Origin: Promethearchaeota archaeon
Lineage (GTDB): Archaea > Asgardarchaeota > Lokiarchaeia > Sigyniarchaeales > SOKP01
Reading direction: 5' to 3'
Length of the DNA stretch: 64,000 nucleotides
Assembly (NCBI GenBank): GCA_019058365.1
Contig: JAHPZE010000002.1
Span: 32,001 to 96,000, forward strand
A program made the translations under genes and the position numbers. Below the pieces are notes generated by a model. The model saw nothing but the letters and a program-made list of their open reading frames with translations. It was not told the origin of the DNA and ran no database searches. Shown in pieces: positions 7,944 through 17,509 of this stretch; positions within the stretch are counted from its first letter, which is position 1; every line of letters begins with the position of its first letter.

Positions 7944-8627
7944 TTAATCCCCTTCTTCTAAGATTACCTTATGTGCTATTTTACCAATTTTTTCTATCGA
8001 TGCTTCAATTAAGTCTCCTGGTTGAATCGGGCCTACTCCACTAGGAGTTCCAGATGCAACAATATCTCCAGTGAATAATGTGACAAATTTGGAGAGATAT
8101 GAGAGAATTTCAGGAATTTTGAAAATCATATATTTTGTATTTGATTGTTGACGAACTTCTCTATTAATTTGTAATTTAATATTTAAATTATGAGGATCTT
8201 CAATCTCACTAAAAGGTACAATTCTCGGGCCAATTGGTCCAAATGTATCGAAATTTTTGCTTCTATACCATGGTAAATTAATATTTCTATCACTTATCTG
8301 CATTTTCCTCGCGGTTATATCTAGAAAAATAGTGTATCCTTCGATATATTCATGAGCGTGCTCAATTTGAATATTCTTACATTTCTGAGAAATTATAAAT
8401 GCTAATTCTACTTCGTGATCTACTTGATTATATTCTTGACTATCATACAGTATTTTAGGATAGATAATTGGATTCCCATCAGTCACCAATGTATTTACAG
8501 TTTTCCCGAAGAATACTGGATCTTTTGGTACTCGTGCCTTCATCTCCCTTGCATGATCTACATAATTACGTCCCAAACAAATTATTTTTGTAGGACTTAT
8601 CTCATTTTCTCCAATTTTGATAATAAT
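7944..8627 (-). CDS. Fumarylacetoacetate hydrolase family protein (paralog 2); start uncertain
   Basis: KIICLGRNY, DHEVELAFII, RSKNFDTFGPIGP, GDIVASGTPSGVG. Homology to paralog 1 extends upstream of the TTG at 8576 to about 8621-8627. Confidence 0.9.
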   Translation of the reverse strand: MIIKIGENEISPTKIICLGRNYVDHAREMKARVPKDPVFFGKTVNTLVTDGNPIIYPKILYDSQEYNQVDHEVELAFIISQKCKNIQIEHAHEYIEGYTIFLDITARKMQISDRNINLPWYRSKNFDTFGPIGPRIVPFSEIEDPHNLNIKLQINREVRQQSNTKYMIFKIPEILSYLSKFVTLFTGDIVASGTPSGVGPIQPGDLIEASIEKIGKIAHKVILEEGD

Positions 8628-8630
8628 TTT

Positions 8631-9305
8631 TCATTCACCTTCCATAACTACTTTATTTGTAAGCGTTCCTATCTTTTCTATTGTTGCTTCAATAAGATCG
8701 CCTGGTTGTATAGGCCCAATTCCACTTGGAGTTCCTGTAGCTATAATATCTCCAGGCTCAAGGGTAAAAAATGTCGTAATATACTCCATAAGTTTGGGAA
8801 TTTTGAATAATAGATGCTTAGTATTAGAAAATTGTTTAATCTCTCCATTTAACATCAATTCAATATTTAAGTTATGAGGATCTTTGATTTCATCAGTATC
8901 AACTATTCTTGGACCTATCGGCCCAAAAGTATCAAATGATTTAGAACGAAACCATGGTAATTTAGATACTATATCTATTGCTTGCATTTTTCGTGCAGTA
9001 ATATCATTAAATATTGTATATCCAAGAATATAGTTATATGCTTCATCTTTTGGAACAAATTTACATTTATCTTTTATAATAAATGCCAATTCTACCTCAT
9101 AATCCACTCTATTATATTTGTGTTGGTTAAATAAAAATTTAGGATAAATTATCGGCTCTCTATCTGAAATCAGGCAGTTTAAAGTTTTTGGAAAAAGAAC
9201 CGGCTCTTTTGGAATGTTCAAACCTGTTTCTTCAATATGGTCCATGTAATTTGTACCGATGCAAATAATCTTCGTCGGATTTATCGTTTGGAGCCCAATT
9301 TTCAT
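8631..9305 (-). CDS. Fumarylacetoacetate hydrolase family protein (paralog 1)
   Basis: KIICIGTNY, DYEVELAFII, NDITAR, KSFDTFGPIGP, GDIIATGTPSG. Confidence 0.93.
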   Translation of the reverse strand: MKIGLQTINPTKIICIGTNYMDHIEETGLNIPKEPVLFPKTLNCLISDREPIIYPKFLFNQHKYNRVDYEVELAFIIKDKCKFVPKDEAYNYILGYTIFNDITARKMQAIDIVSKLPWFRSKSFDTFGPIGPRIVDTDEIKDPHNLNIELMLNGEIKQFSNTKHLLFKIPKLMEYITTFFTLEPGDIIATGTPSGIGPIQPGDLIEATIEKIGTLTNKVVMEGE

Positions 9306-9499
9306 AATACATTTACAATTTTTTGAAAAAATTGAAAAACTCAGTCTAATTCTTTATGATTTTAAATACTTTAATAGATTAAAACTCTTTAATTTCATAA
9401 ATCTTTGATATCTTCCTTAACAAAATTTAATTTTTCACTCGTTTTAAAAAAAAATATAGTAAAAAAAATTAATAATATAAGAAAAATTGTTAAAATCAA

Positions 9500-10081
9500 G
9501 TGAGAAAAATGAGTGAGCAGAAACCTTACAATGATGAAGAAAAGAAAAAGTTATTACATAGTACTTTAAACAAAAAGATAGCTGCCTCAGGTATTTTCAT
9601 TGCAGTTGGATTAATTTTGAGTTATCTTAATCCATTTGGATATTTCTTCATATTTGGTACGAAAATAAATCCATTTGCTCATTTTATTAATGCTATAACC
9701 GGTGTTTTGATTGGTTTAATTTTTTCATGTATAACAGCACTAGGGATTGCCATCCTTCGATTTTCATTCGCAATTGGGACAATACATGCGTTTCATGGAG
9801 GTATTACCGGTGCTTTTGTAGTTGGAATTGTTTCTCACTTTTTACGTAAAAAATTTCCTAAATATGTCGAGTTAGCTGCTTTTACAGAACCATTGGGAAC
9901 AATCTTCCTAGGAGGAACTATTGGGCATTTAATTGCTCCAATAGGAAGCATTTTTGCGATTGAGAGTCTCTATACATATTGGGGACTATTCGCATTAAGC
10001 TGTATTCCTGGAAGTATTATGGGATTCATAATTCTAATGGTTTTAAAACAAGCAAAAATAACATGGGAGGATTTTTTTTAA
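9500..10081 (+). CDS. thiW: ECF transporter S component, ThiW family
   Basis: P.AHFIN...GVL.G, LR....GT..AF.G...GA, EPLGT..LG motifs; multi-TM. Confidence 0.8.
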   Translation: MRKMSEQKPYNDEEKKKLLHSTLNKKIAASGIFIAVGLILSYLNPFGYFFIFGTKINPFAHFINAITGVLIGLIFSCITALGIAILRFSFAIGTIHAFHGGITGAFVVGIVSHFLRKKFPKYVELAAFTEPLGTIFLGGTIGHLIAPIGSIFAIESLYTYWGLFALSCIPGSIMGFIILMVLKQAKITWEDFF

Positions 10082-10108
10082 AAATCAATAATTAATGAAG
10101 CAATTTTT

Positions 10109-10696
10109 ATGAAATTTGATTCATCTTTGCGTTATGAGGAATTTATTGGACATCAGACTTTTCTTTACGGAGAAACAAACACCAAAAAGACTTATTTTAC
10201 AGCAAAATTTATTCAATTCCTCATAGAATCAAAATATTTCGATCCAAAAGAAATTAGTATCTTAGATTTTGCTCCGCCACAAAGTATTATTAATAATAAC
10301 AAAATTGGTGGTAAAATCAAAGATTTTTATAAAGGCAGTACTAAATGTAATACTTTTTTTTTTAAAGGAGAAATTGTCCCACCCCGCCTTAAAGCTAAAA
10401 ATGTTAGAGAATTATATGATAATGCTTGTAAAAATTTTAAAAAAACTTATATAATATTAACTTTATTCAACGATAATCCAACTTCGATATTAATCATCAA
10501 TGATATATCAATTTATCTTCACATAGGGAATAAAAAATTATTATTAGACTCAATAAAGAAATCAGATACTTTTTTTGGGAATTCTTATTACGGTTCTTCT
10601 ATAACAACAGATTTCACAAACCTATTTAGCTTAAGAGAAAAAAGATTAGTAGAATATTTGGTAAGGAAAATTAAAAATTCTTATTTTACGGGATAA
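10109..10696 (+). CDS. Hypothetical protein with a degenerate P-loop
   Basis: LYGETNTKKT Walker-A-like, ILDFAP, ILIIND Walker-B-like. Confidence 0.6.
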   Translation: MKFDSSLRYEEFIGHQTFLYGETNTKKTYFTAKFIQFLIESKYFDPKEISILDFAPPQSIINNNKIGGKIKDFYKGSTKCNTFFFKGEIVPPRLKAKNVRELYDNACKNFKKTYIILTLFNDNPTSILIINDISIYLHIGNKKLLLDSIKKSDTFFGNSYYGSSITTDFTNLFSLREKRLVEYLVRKIKNSYFTG

Positions 10697-10784
10697 ATTT
10701 TGTTAAAAAATATTTAGGCAAAATAATTTTAATTAATGTCCAATTAATTTATCTACAAATTATATTTATAACTAATTGACGAAG

Positions 10785-11429
10785 ATGAAAAAATTAATAT
10801 TATTTGGACCACCTGGAGCAGGAAAAGGCACCTTTTCGGGGCAGATAAAAAAAGTAGCACCTGAAATCATTCATATTAGCACTGGAGATATATTTCGGGA
10901 AAATTTAAAAAACGAAACACCTTTAGGATTAAAAGCAAAAAGCTATATGGATAAGGGAGAATTAGTACCCGATAATGTTACTATTGAAATGGTTAGAGAT
11001 AGGTTAAATAGAGAGGATGTTAAAAAAAATGGTTTTATTCTTGACGGCTTTCCTAGAACATTCGCTCAAGCAGAAGCATTAATGGATATAACTGAAATAG
11101 ATTTACTTCTTTTATTACAAGTTCCCCGAGATATTATATTTAAACGAATTTTGGGCAGATATGGGTGTAATAAGTGTGGGGAGATATACAATAAATACAC
11201 ACTTCCGCCAAAAGTAGAAGGAAAATGCGATAAATGTGGAGCTGAGATTAAATTTGAACAAAGAGCTGATGATAATGAAGAGACATTGAAAAATAGACTA
11301 GATGCTTACGAAAAAAATGCCAAGCCATTAATTAAATATTATAAGAAAAGGGGAAAATTAAAAAAAGTTGATGCTAGAGACACTCTGAGTTTCACTGAGG
11401 ATGATATAAAAAAAATTATCGAAATATAA
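10785..11429 (+). CDS. adk: Adenylate kinase (bacterial-type, Zn-lid)
   Basis: GPPGAGKGT, HISTGDIFR, GFILDGFPRT, CxxC..CxxC lid, QRADD. Confidence 0.95.
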   Translation: MKKLILFGPPGAGKGTFSGQIKKVAPEIIHISTGDIFRENLKNETPLGLKAKSYMDKGELVPDNVTIEMVRDRLNREDVKKNGFILDGFPRTFAQAEALMDITEIDLLLLLQVPRDIIFKRILGRYGCNKCGEIYNKYTLPPKVEGKCDKCGAEIKFEQRADDNEETLKNRLDAYEKNAKPLIKYYKKRGKLKKVDARDTLSFTEDDIKKIIEI

Positions 11430-11456
11430 AATTTTCTTTTAAATTCATTCTAAATT

Positions 11457-12209
11457 ATGAAATTCAATCTTTGTGTCCCGATACCTATCAAATACACAAG
11501 TATAAAAGAAGTTAGACCAATAATTGAGAAAGCAATAAAATCAAAACCTGACCTAATTGAATTAAGATTTGATTATATTTCTAATATTAAAACTCTTTCT
11601 AAAGAATTTGTAAGAGATTTATTAAATATTATTCATCCTCATGCTGCTGTTATCTTTACCTTAAGAGACTCATCTGAAGGTGGTCTCCTCAAAATGCATC
11701 AAAGAGAACGCTTTAAAATCTTGAAAATGTTAATAGAGACTAAATCCGATTATCTTGACATTGAAATGAATACTGATAAAAACATTTTAGGTGAGATTAT
11801 TAATTTGGCTCTCCAAAATGAAGTAAGAATAATTTTTTCATATCACAATTTTGAAAAAACGCTAACTTTCGATGAATCAATCCAACTTGTACAAAATTTC
11901 AATGAAAAGCTAACTCAAGAATTATCTTTAAATTCAAAATTACTTGAAGATATTATATATAAAGTTATCTTTACAGCTCAAAATTTTGAGGATAATTTAA
12001 TACCATTAAAGCTTTGTAAAGAATTATCGAATTCCAATCAAAAAATTATCTCATTCTGTATGGGACCATTAGGTATCTTCTCAAGAATTATGTGTGTCCT
12101 TACCGGCTCTTTTTTAACGTATACGTCTTTAGAAGAAAAGACTGCGCCGGGACAAATTAATATTTCAATAATGAGAGAATTTTACAGTTTAATCTTAAAT
12201 AATTGTTGA
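11457..12209 (+). CDS. aroD: Type I 3-dehydroquinate dehydratase
   Basis: DLIELRFD, IFTLR...EGG, DIE, SYHNF, MG..G..SR, TAPGQ. Confidence 0.92.
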   Translation: MKFNLCVPIPIKYTSIKEVRPIIEKAIKSKPDLIELRFDYISNIKTLSKEFVRDLLNIIHPHAAVIFTLRDSSEGGLLKMHQRERFKILKMLIETKSDYLDIEMNTDKNILGEIINLALQNEVRIIFSYHNFEKTLTFDESIQLVQNFNEKLTQELSLNSKLLEDIIYKVIFTAQNFEDNLIPLKLCKELSNSNQKIISFCMGPLGIFSRIMCVLTGSFLTYTSLEEKTAPGQINISIMREFYSLILNNC

Positions 12210-12239
12210 ATTCATCAATCTTTAGAATCTTACATTTGT

Positions 12240-12851
12240 TCAAGAAAGGATATCAAAATCAGATTTTAAGAAGTAACCAATCAATTTTGTAAGAAATTTT
12301 ACGAGTTCCTCATCAGATTCAAAAATAGGGTCTATAAATACATGTTGGAAGATATATGCATTACAAGTGTGACTTATAAGCATAAAGGCTTTTAATAAAT
12401 CAGCCTCAGGTATATCCTTAAAAGCTTCATAGTTTTTCCGCAAATTTCTAATGATTTTTGTGTAATAATACTTAGAAAGCGTGCCACCATCTTTAAAAAA
12501 ATCAGGATTGGATAAAATAGCTTGAGTTAGAGCAGAATAGTAAGATCTATGTTCTCGGGTAGTTTTTACTAGATTATCAATAAATTCACCAAGATAATTT
12601 GGATTTAAAATCATTTCTGATGCTAACGTTTTATCTGTTTTTGTAATTTCATTCGCAAAATAAATTATTAAAGCTTTCATTATTGCTGATTTTCCTTCTG
12701 AAAAATGATGGTAGATTGTACCTATAGCAACATTTGCTTTATCACGAATATCTCTTACACTAATATTATCATATCCTTTTTCAATTATTAGTTTATAGAA
12801 AGCTCGGATAATATCCTTTCTGTGATCTCTTTTTTTATTTGAATTTTCCAT
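12240..12851 (-). CDS. TetR/AcrR family transcriptional regulator
   Basis: EKGYDNISVRDI...ANVAIGTIYHHF HTH. Confidence 0.92.
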   Translation of the reverse strand: MENSNKKRDHRKDIIRAFYKLIIEKGYDNISVRDIRDKANVAIGTIYHHFSEGKSAIMKALIIYFANEITKTDKTLASEMILNPNYLGEFIDNLVKTTREHRSYYSALTQAILSNPDFFKDGGTLSKYYYTKIIRNLRKNYEAFKDIPEADLLKAFMLISHTCNAYIFQHVFIDPIFESDEELVKFLTKLIGYFLKSDFDILS

Positions 12852-12863
12852 CTTTAATTCTTC

Positions 12864-12933
12864 CTAGAACATTGATCTAGATATTTATATATGAGAAATT
12901 ATTTTATATTATTAAACTAGATCAATGTTCTAG
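12864..12933. promoter_or_regulatory. Pair of 17-bp quasi-palindromic operators (12864..12880 and 12917..12933) in the divergent promoter
   Basis: CTAGAACATTGATCTAG and its exact reverse complement CTAGATCAATGTTCTAG lie between tetR and the divergent membrane protein gene. Confidence 0.75.
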
Positions 12934-12991
12934 TATTTTAATTTAATTTTAAAACATAAGTTTAAACTCTATTTATATTAAAAAAACTGAG

Positions 12992-13426
12992 ATGATAAAA
13001 ATAATTGATCAAAAATTAAATCAAAATGAATCTTTAAAGGTAGCCGCTTTAATTCTATTCATATATGGTATTGTTGAAATTCAACAAAGTATAACGAATT
13101 TGTTAATAGCTTCTGGAATCATTCCAAACTTTAATCTCATATTTTTTGAATTCTTATTTCCTGGAGGAGAAGTCTCTGAATGGACAACAGAACCAATTCT
13201 TTATGTTCCAGCAATTATCATGTTTACCATTATAAGATTTATGTCTGGAATTGCTCTATTGAAAAATAAATTATATGGATTCTGGCTAGGAATAATTGGA
13301 TCACTTTTAACCATCTTTATGATAGTATCAACACTTAAAATTAATGCTTTTATGATGCCTTTTCATGCAATAATAATTATATTGCTTCTTCATGGATATT
13401 TTAAAGATCGTTCAATTGTAGAATAA
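12992..13426 (+). CDS. Four-TM membrane protein
   Basis: Hydrophobic segments; divergent from tetR. Confidence 0.75.
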   Translation: MIKIIDQKLNQNESLKVAALILFIYGIVEIQQSITNLLIASGIIPNFNLIFFEFLFPGGEVSEWTTEPILYVPAIIMFTIIRFMSGIALLKNKLYGFWLGIIGSLLTIFMIVSTLKINAFMMPFHAIIIILLLHGYFKDRSIVE

Positions 13427-13606
13427 TTAAATATATCTTTTTTTTTTTAAATTTTATGTATAATTAAGACGGTATAAATTTACTAATTTTTAGAGTCGTA
13501 ACAATGAAAGAAATTTACAGAATAATACTAGATAATCAGTATTTATGACACCCATTTAAAATTAGAACTATGAAGATTAAAAAGTAGGTGTTTTTTACAT
13601 AATAAT

Positions 13607-13636
13607 ATGGTAGTTTATTTTGGCTTTTATCTCATA
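13607..13636 (+). repeat. Degenerate copy of the first about 30 nt of the GH57 gene
   Basis: ATGGTAGTTTATTTTGGCTTTTATCTCATA versus ATGGTAGTTTATTTCGCTTTTTTATTTCATA at 15745. Confidence 0.6.
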
Positions 13637-13811
13637 ATGCTATAGAATCAATTATCATTTAAGTTAATTATAATCTTTCAAGAATATTTAACTGCTTTGG
13701 ATATAAATAGATGATCACATTTATAAAAGAACTGTTCCTACTATTTTTTAAGACAAATTTACTAAAATGTAAAACCAATTTAATAAAAAAAGGGAGGAAG
13801 AAATCGAAATA

Positions 13812-14516
13812 ATGAAGAATAATTTTCTGCTAGTCTGCAAATATTTCATAATATGTGTCGCTATATTAGCTTTTATACCACTTCCCGCAGTTAATGCCCG
13901 TGCTGCTTCTAGATCACGTTATTATGCCGGATACTATTATATTGGAGAGGCTGGAGAAGCTCCTTGGGGTGTTAAACCTAATGTTCTCACTAGATTCCCT
14001 AGTGTTCCTCTTGCTCACCATCTTTTTCAGTGGGGATCCGTAGTAATGAGTTATAGTCCATTATATTGGGTACAATTAGGATACGAGAGAATGTTTGTTT
14101 GGATTATTTTTCCAATAGTTATTAATACATTTTATTGGGAGAAAGTAGATGCTTTGGGCTCAACCCATACTTGGTTACTTGGCCTAAGCCCACTTGGTGA
14201 CCATACGTACACTTATGCGATATGGTGGGATTCTGTTAACCTAGAGTGGATATGGGCTGTATTAGAAGGATCAACTTGGCTTATGAGTGGAAAGCAGCCT
14301 ACATTTCCTCATAATTCAGTTGATCTTCAAGTCTTCGTAGAGACAACAAATTGGCAAATCAATATCGATGGAAGCCATTTTACTAAAATTAACTATTATG
14401 ATCCATCAGCACCTTTAAATTGGCGTTTATGGGATGATCATTTACCCAATGACACTTATCCATACTATGTAGTCGAAAGGGGTGATTATGAGTTTTATGC
14501 ACATTCTGTATTTTGA
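13812..14516 (+). CDS. Secreted protein, possible neprosin/G1-like glutamic peptidase fold
   Basis: Signal peptide; aromatic beta-rich; YYAGYY, WVQLGY, VFVET motifs. Confidence 0.6.
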   Translation: MKNNFLLVCKYFIICVAILAFIPLPAVNARAASRSRYYAGYYYIGEAGEAPWGVKPNVLTRFPSVPLAHHLFQWGSVVMSYSPLYWVQLGYERMFVWIIFPIVINTFYWEKVDALGSTHTWLLGLSPLGDHTYTYAIWWDSVNLEWIWAVLEGSTWLMSGKQPTFPHNSVDLQVFVETTNWQINIDGSHFTKINYYDPSAPLNWRLWDDHLPNDTYPYYVVERGDYEFYAHSVF

Positions 14517-14522
14517 GGTGAT

Positions 14523-15128
14523 ATGATAATGAGAAAAAAAGAAAAATCTTTTTTTGAAGCACTATTAATCCTAATCCCTCTACTGTTGTTAGTGTTAACT
14601 GTTTTCAATACAGTGGAGCCAAGATTAGAATATGGAGAACCTCTTGATTTCTATGGAACTTCTAGAGAGGTATCTTTAACTGAAATGGTCGAAGTAGCCA
14701 GTAAATTTAATATGTCAGTATATTTACCATCTGAATTGCCTAACAATCTTAAACATACCACTATATATCTCAAAGATAGCCCTTTCGTAGCGATAATTGT
14801 CTTTAGTGCTGAAAGTAATAAAGATTACAAGACTGCTGAGCTGACAATCCAGATATCTCCATCAAGTTCACCACCAACATATAATCAGTTGATTTCTCAA
14901 GCTGAGAATAATGAATATGAAACAGTTCTAGAAATCAAAGGCAATCCAGTATTAATCAATGAGAAGGCATACTCTGGTGGTGAAGAGAAGTTCAAAGAAA
15001 AATATGGAGATTATATACTCCTAGTATTGGCATGGATTGATGGAATGAGATATACGATATGTTGTCCAACTCTTATGACTGACGAAGCGATACAATTGGT
15101 GGAGGACATGTATTTACTGACATCATGA
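14523..15128 (+). CDS. Membrane-anchored protein (DUF4367-like)
   Basis: N-terminal TM, VYLPSELP motif, C-terminal 'W.DG.RY.I......EAI..VE'; GAGGTGA SD. Confidence 0.65.
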   Translation: MIMRKKEKSFFEALLILIPLLLLVLTVFNTVEPRLEYGEPLDFYGTSREVSLTEMVEVASKFNMSVYLPSELPNNLKHTTIYLKDSPFVAIIVFSAESNKDYKTAELTIQISPSSSPPTYNQLISQAENNEYETVLEIKGNPVLINEKAYSGGEEKFKEKYGDYILLVLAWIDGMRYTICCPTLMTDEAIQLVEDMYLLTS

Positions 15129-15257
15129 TTATGATCTCAAAATAGTATTTGGTACAAAAGTACTATCTTAAATTTTAAATTTTTTTTTAGTTGAGGAAAA
15201 TGAGCCCTTTTTCCTATCTTGCAAAGATTTGAATTTTTTTATTTAGAGGAACTTTTT

Positions 15258-15629
15258 ATGGCAAATAAGAATGTAGGTAATAAGTTAATTAAAATTGGCT
15301 TAATAGTGTTTGTTTGGAGTATGTGCTTAAATATTATTTTCGTATTATTAGCAGGTACAGTTACACCTTATTTGTGGATAATTGTAGTTTTAGCTTTTAT
15401 TGGTATTATTTGTATAGTAATTGGAGCTTTAAAAGGAAAGAAAGACGCAGGAGTATTGTTAGTAATAATTGGATTTATTCAGATTTTTTTGAGTCTTGAA
15501 TTAAGTGTTATTTCCAATCTTTTTGGGGGGACAATAACTTTTTTATTGATAATAATTCCGCTTTTAATTATTGCAGGAATTATTTGCATAGTAATTGGCG
15601 GATTAATCCCAGAAAAAAAAAATAATTGA
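15258..15629 (+). CDS. Membrane protein with an internal repeat
   Basis: Four TM segments, GIICIVIG twice; ATG at 15258 follows GAGGA. Confidence 0.7.
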   Translation: MANKNVGNKLIKIGLIVFVWSMCLNIIFVLLAGTVTPYLWIIVVLAFIGIICIVIGALKGKKDAGVLLVIIGFIQIFLSLELSVISNLFGGTITFLLIIIPLLIIAGIICIVIGGLIPEKKNN

Positions 15630-15744
15630 ATAAATCCTCAAAATCTACCTTCTCTTAATTAATCTCAATTAATCCATAAGTTTTTGATTGTTTTAATAAG
15701 CTAAAAAATGAAAAATAAAAAGATATAAAATTAATATATATATC

Positions 15745-16950
15745 ATGGTAGTTTATTTCGCTTTTTTATTTCATATTTATCAACCACCAGTTCAAATTCC
15801 CGTTGTAGTTAAACAGATTGTTAATGAATCCTACAGACCAATAATTGAAGCTTTGAGAGACCATCCAGATGCAAAAATTACTTTAAATATTAACGGCACG
15901 TTAACGGAGCAATTACATGATTTTGGATATAATGATTTAATAGAAGCTATCACCACACTTGCGTCAAGGGGGCAAATAGAATTTACGGGTTCTGGTAAGT
16001 TTCACCCTCTACTTCCGCTTATTCCCGAACCTGAAATCAAACGCCAAATTAAATTAAACAATGAAACTAATCAACAATTTTTCGGGAAGCTTTATAACCC
16101 TCGTGGATTTTTTCCCCCCGAAATGGCAGTTTCAGAAGAAGTTTTTAAAACTGTCAAAAAAGCAGGTTTTGATTGGATGATTATGAGTGGAATTGCCAAT
16201 ACTTTACCAGAATTTCCTACAAATCATATATCCGTGCATCCAAATGGATTAAAAGTATTATTCAGAGATGATTACACCTCAATTGATTGTGCATTTGATA
16301 AAATCAACAATATCGATGCCTTTGTTTCTCGATTGTATTATAAGCACACTTCCGAAGATTATTATGTTATACTTGCAATGGATGGCGAAACATTTGGACA
16401 CCATGTAAAACATGCGATCAATGATTTTTTAATCCCATTGTTCCAAGCATTACCACATCGAAATGATGTAAAATTATGTAATATTTCAGAACTCGTTGAT
16501 AGATTCCCTAAGGGATTTACTCAAATTCCACGAGATTCTAGCTGGTCAACAATGCCATATGATATTGCGAGTGATATCCCGTTCCCTTTATGGCTCGATC
16601 CTAATAACGAAATTCATAGAGAGCAACATAGATTTTTCATGTATGCCCTTACCTTAATTCATTTAGCAGCAAAATATCGGGATGGTATGAATGACGGTAA
16701 AAAAAGAATTTTCGATAATGCCAGAAACTTTTTGGATCGCGGAATTCACAGTTGCCAGCAATGGTGGGCATCTCAACGGCCATGGTACAGTCCAGACATG
16801 ATCTTGCGCGGATTAAATGAAGTTTTAATGGCAAGTGTCAATGCTAAGCGTAGTGTTCCTGAAAATAATCCTGACATAAAAGACGCTATGGAGCTTATTA
16901 TGAAAGATATGTTAAAAGCACAGAATAAAATTGTTTTATCTTTAATCTAA
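15745..16950 (+). CDS. Glycoside hydrolase family 57 protein
   Basis: HIYQP, ESYRP, HPLLPL, GFFPPEMA, MDGETFGHH, SSWS. Confidence 0.92.
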   Translation: MVVYFAFLFHIYQPPVQIPVVVKQIVNESYRPIIEALRDHPDAKITLNINGTLTEQLHDFGYNDLIEAITTLASRGQIEFTGSGKFHPLLPLIPEPEIKRQIKLNNETNQQFFGKLYNPRGFFPPEMAVSEEVFKTVKKAGFDWMIMSGIANTLPEFPTNHISVHPNGLKVLFRDDYTSIDCAFDKINNIDAFVSRLYYKHTSEDYYVILAMDGETFGHHVKHAINDFLIPLFQALPHRNDVKLCNISELVDRFPKGFTQIPRDSSWSTMPYDIASDIPFPLWLDPNNEIHREQHRFFMYALTLIHLAAKYRDGMNDGKKRIFDNARNFLDRGIHSCQQWWASQRPWYSPDMILRGLNEVLMASVNAKRSVPENNPDIKDAMELIMKDMLKAQNKIVLSLI

Positions 16951-17124
16951 TATACGAAACAATGAAATGAATCAAAAACCTAAAGCCTATTCAATTTAGT
17001 AGAATAAAATTAGAAAATAAGAAAAAAAAAATTATCGTAAAAGAATTATTCTATTTTCAAAAAATTTCTCAAAACTAAAGCTTTATCCGTAATTTAATGC
17101 TGGAAGAAAATACTTAATTCTAAT

Positions 17125-17472
17125 TTAATAATTCTTGGACCGAATTTCATGGAACCATTGATTCCAAAAATTTAATAATTTTTCAAACTTTTCTCTGGAG
17201 ATAGAGTATTCCTTGAATTTACCTTGCTTTGAACTATGAATAAATTTGTGTTCCTCCAAAATTCTAACATGATGGGAGATGGAAGGTTGACTTCTATTCA
17301 AGCTTTTTTCAATATCAGAGAGTAAACATGGTTTAGCATTTAATAAATTTAAAATTAAAAATCTGTCTTCATTACCTATGATTTCCATACATTCTCGTAA
17401 AAACTTATTAGAGGAATTATTCTTGAATTCTTTTTTTATAGTTTTAATTTTATTCTTTGTTAATTCTTCCAT
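17125..17472 (-). CDS. ArsR/SmtB family transcriptional regulator
   Basis: R..IL.LL...P....I...L..SQPSISHH..IL; ATG at 17472. Confidence 0.88.
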   Translation of the reverse strand: MEELTKNKIKTIKKEFKNNSSNKFLRECMEIIGNEDRFLILNLLNAKPCLLSDIEKSLNRSQPSISHHVRILEEHKFIHSSKQGKFKEYSISREKFEKLLNFWNQWFHEIRSKNY

Positions 17473-17509
17473 GTTTTTCTTTCTCTTCTTTCTATTAATT
17501 TTTATACAA

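Noticed and set aside
8631-8633. In-frame TGA between the FAH paralogs as selenocysteine
   Set aside because: It lies in a linker at a normal C-terminus rather than a Cys-equivalent site, and no convincing SECIS was seen.
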